From: a virus
Reading direction: 5' to 3' (one strand)
Length of the DNA stretch: 64,000 nucleotides
IMG/VR virus record: IMGVR_UViG_3300009085_000003
Span: 1 to 64,000 of that record
Shown here piece by piece: positions 28,264 through 36,871 of the stretch; positions within the stretch are counted from its first letter, which is position 1, and the number at the start of each line of letters is the position of its first letter. The notes beneath the pieces were generated by a model. The model made no database searches. It was given only the letters and a program-made list of their open reading frames with translations, and was not told where the DNA came from. The position numbers and the translations under genes are program-made.

Positions 28264-29525
28264 GGGACAAATCCTTGTATCTTACGATTGATTTTAACCT
28301 CTTTCCACGTCATCACTTGCCCACGGCGTGTTCCCAGAGGGTTCATTAAGTCCTCCCGGCTGATAAGACCATACGCCTCACCCGCGTTACCAGATGACTG
28401 GGCAAGGTCATATTGCCAGTAGGACAGGTTACGGTTTGCGATATCGCACGCGCAAATTCTCCGAGCCATCTCAGCGGTAGCGAGTCGCGCCACCATGTTG
28501 GCATATCGCATGTCCATGCGGTCGTGGTCGGCGCGGGGCGCTCCAGCTTCGTAACGCACGAGCACCCGGTCTGGTGGTCTCCAGTTGTAGTAACAGCCAC
28601 ACCAGTCCACACCGACCCACTGACCAGACGTTGCGTTGTAAACCGACTGACCGATGCCGATGAGACCCGGCTCCGAGTCACGGATAACCGCACGCGCCAG
28701 CGCATACCCGACCGCAGCCGGGTCGTAGGAATTCGATGATGGATATGCCCAGCACGGATACGGGGTAGTTTCCCAGATTAAAACGCACTGGCAGTCATCC
28801 TCTGTGATTCCGGTATTATCAATATGGTAGTCGTAGATGTCCAAGTCGTCAGCAAAGTTCGTGGCGTCTGACGGGTCAATGGGAGCGGTTTGGTTTTCGT
28901 ATAGGATGGGACGCACAATTAGCCGGATGTCTCCCTTGACGGTTACAGAACCACCCGCAATGCTTATCTTGACCGGGCGAACGCGCCAGCGGTCACTGAT
29001 ATCGTCCCCGGTGAAACGGTCGCCACTGTCGAAATAGACTCGAATATAATCCTCATTGGTGACCGTGGTCGCCAGTGTTATCGTGAAGGTATCGTTGAGA
29101 CCATCTCCGTCCACGTCACTTAAAACCACCGCGGCACTGCCAATAAGTGTTTCGCTCTTGTATCCCAGATGCTGTACCTTGCCCTCGGGGAGCTGCAAGG
29201 TGAGCCAGCGGTCATCGGCTGCGGAGTATCCCAAGCGCATCAAATCTTGCTGCGGATAACGTGGGAATTGTAGCGTGACCTCTTTATAGTGCGGGGCAGG
29301 AGCAAAACCGAGGAGTGGCATCAGCCTCTCCTCAGCTGAAATAATAGCCCGATTGATATCATCGCGCCCAGCAGCATCGGCTGTCAGCCAAGGGTACTGA
29401 AACACGATGTCGTTACACTGGCTGGACACCGGGAAGCGGGCGCTCGATGACAGCCCCCAGTAGTGCCATGGGTGGTAACCAATTCTCTCGCGCCACTCCT
29501 CCAGTGATAACAGGGCTTCTGACAT
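28260..29525 (-). CDS. virion structural protein, probable head-tail adaptor
   Basis: LSLEEWRERIG N-terminus, VLVRYEAG; lies between capsid and tail tube. Confidence 0.55.
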   Translation of the reverse strand: MSEALLSLEEWRERIGYHPWHYWGLSSSARFPVSSQCNDIVFQYPWLTADAAGRDDINRAIISAEERLMPLLGFAPAPHYKEVTLQFPRYPQQDLMRLGYSAADDRWLTLQLPEGKVQHLGYKSETLIGSAAVVLSDVDGDGLNDTFTITLATTVTNEDYIRVYFDSGDRFTGDDISDRWRVRPVKISIAGGSVTVKGDIRLIVRPILYENQTAPIDPSDATNFADDLDIYDYHIDNTGITEDDCQCVLIWETTPYPCWAYPSSNSYDPAAVGYALARAVIRDSEPGLIGIGQSVYNATSGQWVGVDWCGCYYNWRPPDRVLVRYEAGAPRADHDRMDMRYANMVARLATAEMARRICACDIANRNLSYWQYDLAQSSGNAGEAYGLISREDLMNPLGTRRGQVMTWKEVKINRKIQGFVP

Positions 29526-29529
29526 ATTA

Positions 29530-29853
29530 TCAATCTCCTCGGCTGGATAGGAAAGCCATGATGTGATGCCACAGCAAGGTCATGCCAAACATCACCAGCC
29601 AGTACCAAACTGCCACGCCTATCGTACTATCGTATAAGACCATGGCGAAAATTGCGAACACGAGCGTGAACCAGAACGAGATACAGAGCGGGCAGGTAAA
29701 TCCCTCGGCAATCCACTCGTGCTTAGTGCGGAGGGAAAGTTCCCTGATTTGTTTGAACACCGCGAACGTCCCGGTTTCGTATGCGACCATGTATGCCAGC
29801 CGATAGGCTGCCAGTGACGAAAGCATCAGGAACGCAACGAGCGACGGTATCAT
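29530..29853 (-). CDS. DUF1360-like membrane protein
   Basis: LAAYRLAYMVAYE...FTCPLCISFW. Confidence 0.75.
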   Translation of the reverse strand: MIPSLVAFLMLSSLAAYRLAYMVAYETGTFAVFKQIRELSLRTKHEWIAEGFTCPLCISFWFTLVFAIFAMVLYDSTIGVAVWYWLVMFGMTLLWHHIMAFLSSRGD

Positions 29854-32730
29854 CTAGCCCCTTTTCTTGCTGCCAAGGAAACCATCCAAGAACGGTTTAT
29901 CCGCCACTGGCGTCTCATTCACGGTGGAGACGCGGGGCTTCACAGACTCCGAACGCGCTTGCGCCTCGGCATGTAGCTCATCCTGCGACGCGGCTTTTTC
30001 GGGGTTGCGGGTCTTGGTTGCCTGAGTATTCACTGGCGGGTTGGCTCGCGCACCAATCACACGAAAGACGCGCAACTTCTCCATGTCCGCCACATCGGTG
30101 GCAAGGACGTCGAGATAGCGACCCGACTGACTGGCGCCAGCACGATAAGTGTGCCCATTGACTTTGAACGTCATGTTGCCTTGGGCGCTGCCAATATATT
30201 CCATGCGCACCTTGGCGGGCTCAATATTGACATTTTCAATCCGCTTGACGTTAATAGGCTGACCACCACCACCAACACGTGGTGCTTGCTGAGATGCAAT
30301 CACACGCTTGGCGGCAATAATTTGTTTTCCTGCTTTACTACCACAACCACTACAAGCCATCATCTTGTTTACTCCTTTATAGTAACCAGAATATTGTTTT
30401 GAAAGTCTCCCAAGAATCTCTTTGCCTCGAGTAGAGAGCTCTCCCTGCTTGGTCAGGGTTAACATGCGCCTGTGACCGGTATCAATGCGATAAATCATCA
30501 GGGGTTCTGGAACGTGCTGCCCACAGATACCATTGACCGCGCATCTCACAAAATATTCCCAGTCCTCCCAAGACTCATAGGTCTCGTCAAACTTCATGCG
30601 CTGAGCGCACTCCGTATACATGAGGACTGTGACAGCGTGCTGCAACTTCCAGTCCATTCTATTATAACTCTTTAAGCGTTCGATTGAGTCACCGGACTTT
30701 TGCCGCAGGATATAGTCTGAGTACACATATGAGATTTCATCGTCGCTGCGTGCCAGAGCGCCCAGTAACACATCCAGTGCGTTATTGGTTAGCATATCAT
30801 CACAATCTAAAAACATGAGGGTCGGTGCTATGGCGGCATCGATACCGAGATTCCGTGCAATCCCAGCCCCATGCTTTCCCATGTTCGGCACCACGCGGGC
30901 GAACGGGTACGGAGACATAATGTCGCCGGTGATTTCACTCTTGTCGTCCTCAATCGTATCATCTACGATTATCAATTCCCACTCACGGCACGACTGGGCA
31001 ACGACGCTCTCAATGACCTCTGGCAGATACCGGGCATGTCCCTTGCCTACCGGGACAACGACACTGACCAGCGGAAATAGATATGAGTAGATAGCATCAG
31101 GGCGGCGCAACAGGGGGGCGCCCATAGGGTATACCCTGTCCCTCATCCATGGCAAATCCTCATCGATAGTACGGTAAGGCTTCGTGACGTGGGCACCAGC
31201 ATCATGTAGGCGGTATCGAAACAGCGGGGTTGTCGATACCCGGCGAGCGGTGAAACCAACCGACAGCCCACGTGTCCAGAATTCCGCATCCTCTCCGGGT
31301 GCAAACTTTTGCTTATGCCAACCAGCTCGGCGCCACATCTCCTTGCGGAACATGGCTGCGCTCGGTATGCAGTTGGCGGGCGGGTTGGTGAGGCTGCTCT
31401 GTATATCCCAGCTGAATTCCGGCGGAAACTGGGATGACCCCAAGGTTTTACCCTTGGCGTCTATCAGGGTCAAACCGGCATAGGCGATGCCCAAAGAACG
31501 GTCTTGCTCCATGGCGCCCGACAGCAAGCCCACATATCCGGCTGCCAGTTCATCGTCAGCGTCAAGACATATTATCAATGGGTACCGAGCTGCTTGAATG
31601 CCAGTAGTGCGTGCCGCCGCCACGCCCTGATTCGCCTGTGTGATGATTTTGACCAGCGGGTTTGACCCATAGCGCTCACGAATCAACTGGACACTGTTAT
31701 CTTTTGACCCATCATCCACCACAATTATCTCGTCGGGCTTCTGGGTTTGTTTCAGTGCACTATCGATGGCGCCCATCACCCACTTGCTATAGTTGTAATT
31801 CGTGATAACCACGCTCACGCCATGGGTATCTTTTTCATTCTGGAGCTCATGGGCAATGCCCTCGTACAACTTGGCGTATTGCGCCATGATATTCGACCAG
31901 TCGTACTGGGCTGCTTTTTCGCGTGCCCGGTCAGACATCTCAGCGCGGTGCGCCTGTATGTATTCGTATCCAGCCGCCAGACCCTCGATATCTCCGGGGG
32001 CAACAAGGTAACCATCCACCTTGTGGGTCACGATATCAGCTGTGCCGCCCCAGTTGTACCCGAGAACTGGCACGCCACACATCATTGCCTCCAGTGTACC
32101 AACACCAAAGGTCTCAATGGTTGTTGCCAGATAGATGTTTGCTGAGCCAACCAGTACCATCATGTCAGCATGACTCATGGTGCCCACTACCCGTAACTTG
32201 TCCAGTGCAGGCTTATTCGGTACCGCGAACGTAGATACAATGTCGATACCCTTGGCAGCCAGCTCCCAAGCCGGTGTAGGGTCACATACGTCACCGACCC
32301 GGTTCTTGTTCCAGAGAGCATAGTTCACCGGCTGGTCGTGTCTGGCATCTGTCAAGTCGATACCGTGTCCAATCACTACTGGGCTGATACGCATATCGCG
32401 TTTGAACGGCATCGCTACCCACTGGCTGGGAACGGTTATTTTCAATGCCTTACGGCTGCTGTCTACAATCTCGTGGTTGACAGCACTGTGCCAGCTGACA
32501 TAGGACATATGGGGGAGGTCGGCGAAATAGAGACCATGGCTGTGGAGAACGTCAACACGCTTCTCACCCCCACGCGCGGCAATATGCACAGCCACTACAT
32601 CAGCGTTTTTCCAATCGTTCGTAATCTCTATCCCATATCGGGGCAGGTATTTATGCTGGGCATGAACCACGCGTCCAATGCCATTGTCATCAGATGCATT
32701 ATTAGGATTCAGGTTTAGGAATAGTTTCAC
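29854..32730 (-). CDS. triple glycosyltransferase (GT4 + GT2 + GT2)
   Basis: ETFGVGTLEAM (GT-B); VSVVITNYN...VVDDGS...LDADD; VSVVVP...IVDD...FLDCDD. Confidence 0.9.
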   Translation of the reverse strand: MKLFLNLNPNNASDDNGIGRVVHAQHKYLPRYGIEITNDWKNADVVAVHIAARGGEKRVDVLHSHGLYFADLPHMSYVSWHSAVNHEIVDSSRKALKITVPSQWVAMPFKRDMRISPVVIGHGIDLTDARHDQPVNYALWNKNRVGDVCDPTPAWELAAKGIDIVSTFAVPNKPALDKLRVVGTMSHADMMVLVGSANIYLATTIETFGVGTLEAMMCGVPVLGYNWGGTADIVTHKVDGYLVAPGDIEGLAAGYEYIQAHRAEMSDRAREKAAQYDWSNIMAQYAKLYEGIAHELQNEKDTHGVSVVITNYNYSKWVMGAIDSALKQTQKPDEIIVVDDGSKDNSVQLIRERYGSNPLVKIITQANQGVAAARTTGIQAARYPLIICLDADDELAAGYVGLLSGAMEQDRSLGIAYAGLTLIDAKGKTLGSSQFPPEFSWDIQSSLTNPPANCIPSAAMFRKEMWRRAGWHKQKFAPGEDAEFWTRGLSVGFTARRVSTTPLFRYRLHDAGAHVTKPYRTIDEDLPWMRDRVYPMGAPLLRRPDAIYSYLFPLVSVVVPVGKGHARYLPEVIESVVAQSCREWELIIVDDTIEDDKSEITGDIMSPYPFARVVPNMGKHGAGIARNLGIDAAIAPTLMFLDCDDMLTNNALDVLLGALARSDDEISYVYSDYILRQKSGDSIERLKSYNRMDWKLQHAVTVLMYTECAQRMKFDETYESWEDWEYFVRCAVNGICGQHVPEPLMIYRIDTGHRRMLTLTKQGELSTRGKEILGRLSKQYSGYYKGVNKMMACSGCGSKAGKQIIAAKRVIASQQAPRVGGGGQPINVKRIENVNIEPAKVRMEYIGSAQGNMTFKVNGHTYRAGASQSGRYLDVLATDVADMEKLRVFRVIGARANPPVNTQATKTRNPEKAASQDELHAEAQARSESVKPRVSTVNETPVADKPFLDGFLGSKKRG

Positions 32731-33365
32731 AAAGTCCTCGTTTTGATATAGCCCAGAACTTGGTTGTAGGTTTCAACCAAATCCCAGTCATAGGCATCGT
32801 TGTCGATATCGATAAACACACCGGTCTTATCGTATTGGTGGATATCCAGAGGCATACCGCAAAACGAGCGATACAGTGACCAGAGTCGATACGGAGTTTT
32901 ATGGGCTAGGTGGCTATGGACTGCGAAATCAAGCGCTCCACGAACGTGAATCATATCGTGTATGACCAAGGCATATATTTCGCCCTTGGGCTTAGAGCCA
33001 ATCACAGCGAGACCGTTGGTGTTGTCCTGTGCCCCAGCCGATACTATCACATCCCACGCCTCGCTGGTATAAACACAATCACTTAACAACACCAGCACCG
33101 GGGATGCCGTCACGAGCCTTATGGCATCCTGTAAGCTCTCAATAATGGTGTTACTTGGGCGCAGGACAAACTTTGCCCGAGCAACGTCGATGATATCCTT
33201 TTTGCCGGTCACCAGATACGGCTCCAGAGTCAGCCGCCTGCGGCACTGCCCCATGATGAGGCTGACTGCCGGGGTGCCATTGATGGGAGCGAGCTCTTTG
33301 GGGGACGGAGCCGTCCACCTCTCGCCCTGTCCGCCAGCCATTAGGAAAACAGTCTGTATGCTCAT
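32727..33365 (-). CDS. sugar nucleotidyltransferase-like protein
   Basis: FLMAGGQGERW...PKELAPING signature. Confidence 0.8.
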   Translation of the reverse strand: MSIQTVFLMAGGQGERWTAPSPKELAPINGTPAVSLIMGQCRRRLTLEPYLVTGKKDIIDVARAKFVLRPSNTIIESLQDAIRLVTASPVLVLLSDCVYTSEAWDVIVSAGAQDNTNGLAVIGSKPKGEIYALVIHDMIHVRGALDFAVHSHLAHKTPYRLWSLYRSFCGMPLDIHQYDKTGVFIDIDNDAYDWDLVETYNQVLGYIKTRTL

Positions 33366-33389
33366 TGTGTGCTCCTTAATTATTATCAA

Positions 33390-34121
33390 TCAGGAATTAT
33401 TACCCAGACATCCTGCGCGGCGCAGCTCCTCGTAGTCATCCTCGCTGAGCTGCCTTGCTGGGTGCATCCAGTCTCCCTCTTTAACGAATTGTCCGCCGCG
33501 TACCATAATCTGGTAACACAGCGCCCATTGTGCCTGACCATACACTCCCAGCTCTGGCATAGACGCAAGGCGGTTGGTTCCTTGGAGCTCTATCTCCCAT
33601 GGTGACATGCCCGGCGTCAAGATTCGCTTAAAGCTCTCGACATTCCAGATACTGGCTTGCAGGCTGACCTGATACGGGGTGTGGTAGGAACGGAATATGT
33701 CGACATCACCACGATGGGTAATCATATTGATTTTGCCGCAGTTTAATCTATCCGTGGTGAGGTCGAAGCGCAGCGCGTGGGGGTGCTCAGTCATCCAGAC
33801 CTGCCCGGCGATAAGAGCCTGATAGCTGACCTGCCTGACCAGCCAGTAATCCTCGAGCATCACCAGCAGCAGCGGGTCGTTGGTATATTTCATCACCTTT
33901 AACAAAGCGTCCGACCACTTGTTTGCTGGGTAGTCGGACATTGCCCCGATGGAATAGAATTCGTAACGTTTTTCGTTTATCGGGAAATCTGGTTTGGTGA
34001 AGCCTGCCAGTAAGACTGGGTTGGCTGTGATGGTGTGGTCTGATGCATACTTATCCCACTGGTGCATAAAACCCTGCAAGAGCCAATTGTGTTTGTCGGA
34101 TGTCATTACAACGATTCGCAT
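33390..34121 (-). CDS. GT-A fold glycosyltransferase-like protein
   Basis: LVMLEDYWL, SLQASIW, SPWEIE. Confidence 0.65.
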   Translation of the reverse strand: MRIVVMTSDKHNWLLQGFMHQWDKYASDHTITANPVLLAGFTKPDFPINEKRYEFYSIGAMSDYPANKWSDALLKVMKYTNDPLLLVMLEDYWLVRQVSYQALIAGQVWMTEHPHALRFDLTTDRLNCGKINMITHRGDVDIFRSYHTPYQVSLQASIWNVESFKRILTPGMSPWEIELQGTNRLASMPELGVYGQAQWALCYQIMVRGGQFVKEGDWMHPARQLSEDDYEELRRAGCLGNNS

Positions 34122-34203
34122 GTTATCTCTTGTCCCACTCGATTATAGTATATTATCAATCGAAAGGCAAGCAGGAAAATCGGGGAATCTGACCCGATTT
34201 AAC

Positions 34204-34232
34204 TTGACAAACTATCTGTAATGTGCTACAAT
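34204..34232 (+). promoter_or_regulatory. promoter of plus-strand insert
   Basis: TTGACA-17nt-TACAAT with TGn. Confidence 0.75.
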
Positions 34233-34255
34233 GTACTTAGATAAGGAGCTAAACG

Positions 34256-34516
34256 ATGAACCAATCAGAGATTATCCAGATGAATCGCACGGCAGCCGAA
34301 ATCTACGTCGCCAGTGGTCTCAACCCAGAGGTCAAAAAGGCTGTCCGCCAGATGGTCGCCAATCAGGTCGACATTCATAACATGAATTGCAGTATCCGCT
34401 GTGGCGACAAGGAAATTCCGCACGCCAGTGTCGACAAACACTTTCGCATCGTGGTCGCTGAAATCATGACACGCAATTACGAGGCTGCAAAGTGCAAGGT
34501 TCGGGAGCAATCATAA
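34256..34516 (+). CDS. hypothetical protein
   Basis: AAGGAG RBS; first of four coupled ORFs. Confidence 0.7.
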   Translation: MNQSEIIQMNRTAAEIYVASGLNPEVKKAVRQMVANQVDIHNMNCSIRCGDKEIPHASVDKHFRIVVAEIMTRNYEAAKCKVREQS

Positions 34517-34716
34517 TGATGAAGATAACCGAGGCTCGTGCGCTGGCAAAGAAAAAGTGGGGCTCCCTTGGCTTCGCCGCCAAGACCCGATATGGTGGCG
34601 CCTGCTACACCGTTGGCAAGTGGGTCGTGATTGGCAAACAGCTTCACAAGGAATACTATGGGCAGGGAACCTCTTGGGAACACGCCTTTGAGCGAGCCGC
34701 CCAAAAGGGATACTAG
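34516..34716 (+). CDS. small basic hypothetical protein
   Basis: TAATG coupling. Confidence 0.65.
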   Translation: MMKITEARALAKKKWGSLGFAAKTRYGGACYTVGKWVVIGKQLHKEYYGQGTSWEHAFERAAQKGY

Positions 34717-34733
34717 AGAGAGGATGGTAGACA

Positions 34734-35069
34734 ATGAATGAGCAGCGTTTTTGGATAACTCAAGGTAAGGGCTTTCAGATGAAGTTTGACAACGGCTATA
34801 TGGTGTCGGTACAGTGGGGCAGCATGAATTACTGCGATAACCGTACCTTTGGCACTGACATTGTTCCGCCAGATGGCGAGGCTGCCAGAGGCGCCATGGG
34901 TTCCAACACTGCTGAGGTCGCTATCATCAACCCCAGCAAGCAGTACGTTGGATTCAAGGTGACCGCACGTGGCATCCGGCGCAGTAACAACCCGTCGTAC
35001 CGTGTCGGCAGCTACATGGATGCCAACGAGGTCGCCCGAGTCATCGCTTGGGTGGCTCGCATCAAGTAA
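34734..35069 (+). CDS. phage hypothetical protein
   Basis: FDNGYMVSVQWG...AEVAII pattern. Confidence 0.7.
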   Translation: MNEQRFWITQGKGFQMKFDNGYMVSVQWGSMNYCDNRTFGTDIVPPDGEAARGAMGSNTAEVAIINPSKQYVGFKVTARGIRRSNNPSYRVGSYMDANEVARVIAWVARIK

Positions 35070-35083
35070 TCTAGGAGGAACGT

Positions 35084-35281
35084 ATGTTCTATAAAATCAC
35101 TTGGCAAGATAATAGTGGAACATTCCACACCGACTATTTTGTGAGCCCACACACAGTCTGGGCTCACGATGGCGGGTACCGGGAATGCAGCTTTGTGCAT
35201 GTTTCCAACGACCCAGAGACAGCCCTGCGCAAGTTTCTCAAGGCGCTGCCTCTGAGAAACGTGAACATCGTCTGCCGGTAG
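35084..35281 (+). CDS. hypothetical protein
   Basis: AGGAGG RBS. Confidence 0.65.
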   Translation: MFYKITWQDNSGTFHTDYFVSPHTVWAHDGGYRECSFVHVSNDPETALRKFLKALPLRNVNIVCR

Positions 35282-35298
35282 TACAGCAATTAAAATAT

Positions 35299-35330
35299 CC
35301 CCCCGGAGTTTCCTCCGGGGGGTTTGCTTT
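35299..35330. terminator. terminator between convergent units
   Basis: CCCCCCGGAG/CTCCGGGGGG stem. Confidence 0.8.
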
Positions 35331-35370
35331 CATCCGCTATTTAGGCTAAGCGGATTCAATCCGCTTATCT

Positions 35371-36828
35371 CTAGTTATTCTCTGGGACAGGCGAATAGTA
35401 GCTCGGGATAGTGGTATCGCCTGCGGTCTTACCGCCATTGACGAAGTAGCCACTATCGGTGAACGGTGAACGTTCGTGTGCCAGAGGTGCGTATCCGACA
35501 TTATCAATCCGTGCCGCCAGATACGGGGTGAGCAGCATGAGCCGGGGCTCGGTCTTGGCAAGCACCTGAACACAGAAATTGTTCGGTGGCTTCTTGTGCC
35601 ACATAAAGCGACCGCTATCTGTGGTGTAGAAGCTGCCATCCGGGGCGAACAGGTTCGCCATTGCCATGGCACCGTTCGGTGAGTCGTAGCTAAAGTATTC
35701 CATGTAGGTCACTGGCATACGACCGAGAACGGTCATGGGCAGGATAAAGACCCCAGCCGAGAACACGCCCGGAGCCACTTCGGTTTCGGGGATTGCATCG
35801 TCCAAAACCACCGGGACTTTCTGACCGTCGATGAGCAGGTACTGACCTGTATATTCATACAGGTTGCCACGCATTTCATCGCGCATCCGTTCCACGTCAG
35901 CTGAGTTAAGTGACAGTTCCGCTGAATTCAGGGTCTGGCAGCGATAGCTCAGGTAAGTGCACGGGTAGCTCTCTGTGATTGCATAGAACAGAGAGAACGG
36001 CATGACGATTTTCCATGACACCGGGTCAAGCCCAGCGCGGGAGGCAAGCCATTTCAGGTTGCGCATGGTGCTGGTAATCAGGCGGATAAAGCCCTCAGCA
36101 TCGTCCTCGATTTGAACGTCGTTATAGTCGTAGACAATGGAGTCAGCTGCCGGGCAAGCGACGCCAGTTTCAGCATCCTGATACCCAGTATTGACCAGAG
36201 TCTCCAGACCCCAGAATTCACGATACCCGCCGCCCGCCGTGTTATTGGTGGGTGTACCGGTGTAGAGAATCCGGGCGAAGTCACGCGACCACGTGACACC
36301 GAGCTCAAACAGAGCCTTGGCAATTTCATTCTGAGCAGCTTTCGCAGCGTCAAAACCGATGATGCCGGGGGTCTGGGGATTATCGCCAGCGCCAGCAAAC
36401 GGATTGCCGTAGATGTCAAAATCGGTGAATTCTCCCCGATTAGTGACACGTCCCGCGCGGTCTACGTCGTAGACCTTGGTCATGCGGGAGAACCGACCAA
36501 ACACAAAGCTGTGGGTGCACAGCTTCATGACACCAGTCACGGGCGGGTCATCACAGACACCGGTCGGCTCATCGCCTGACGATGCGGTGACACCAGTGAT
36601 GATGCCATACAACGGGTTGGTCTCATTCGCTGCTTTGACCGGAAGCTGAGCTTGCAGACCCAGCTTGGGCAGAACCATTGCTGAGAACAACGGCTTTGAT
36701 AATCCGGGGCTTGAGAACAAGCCACCCATACCGTGTCCCATCGTTGCAGACGGGGTACTGGATGGAACGTCTTTCAGGCTCACGGTGGAGAGCAGCGATT
36801 TCGCTAGTTTTTCGTAATCAATGTCCAT
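35371..36828 (-). CDS. major capsid protein
   Basis: Directly after protease/scaffold; strong RBS; size; followed by terminator. Confidence 0.8.
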   Translation of the reverse strand: MDIDYEKLAKSLLSTVSLKDVPSSTPSATMGHGMGGLFSSPGLSKPLFSAMVLPKLGLQAQLPVKAANETNPLYGIITGVTASSGDEPTGVCDDPPVTGVMKLCTHSFVFGRFSRMTKVYDVDRAGRVTNRGEFTDFDIYGNPFAGAGDNPQTPGIIGFDAAKAAQNEIAKALFELGVTWSRDFARILYTGTPTNNTAGGGYREFWGLETLVNTGYQDAETGVACPAADSIVYDYNDVQIEDDAEGFIRLITSTMRNLKWLASRAGLDPVSWKIVMPFSLFYAITESYPCTYLSYRCQTLNSAELSLNSADVERMRDEMRGNLYEYTGQYLLIDGQKVPVVLDDAIPETEVAPGVFSAGVFILPMTVLGRMPVTYMEYFSYDSPNGAMAMANLFAPDGSFYTTDSGRFMWHKKPPNNFCVQVLAKTEPRLMLLTPYLAARIDNVGYAPLAHERSPFTDSGYFVNGGKTAGDTTIPSYYSPVPENN

Positions 36829-36871
36829 AGGTTTTCTCCTTAGATAAAGGTTTATTTTTTATGTCCGCCAT

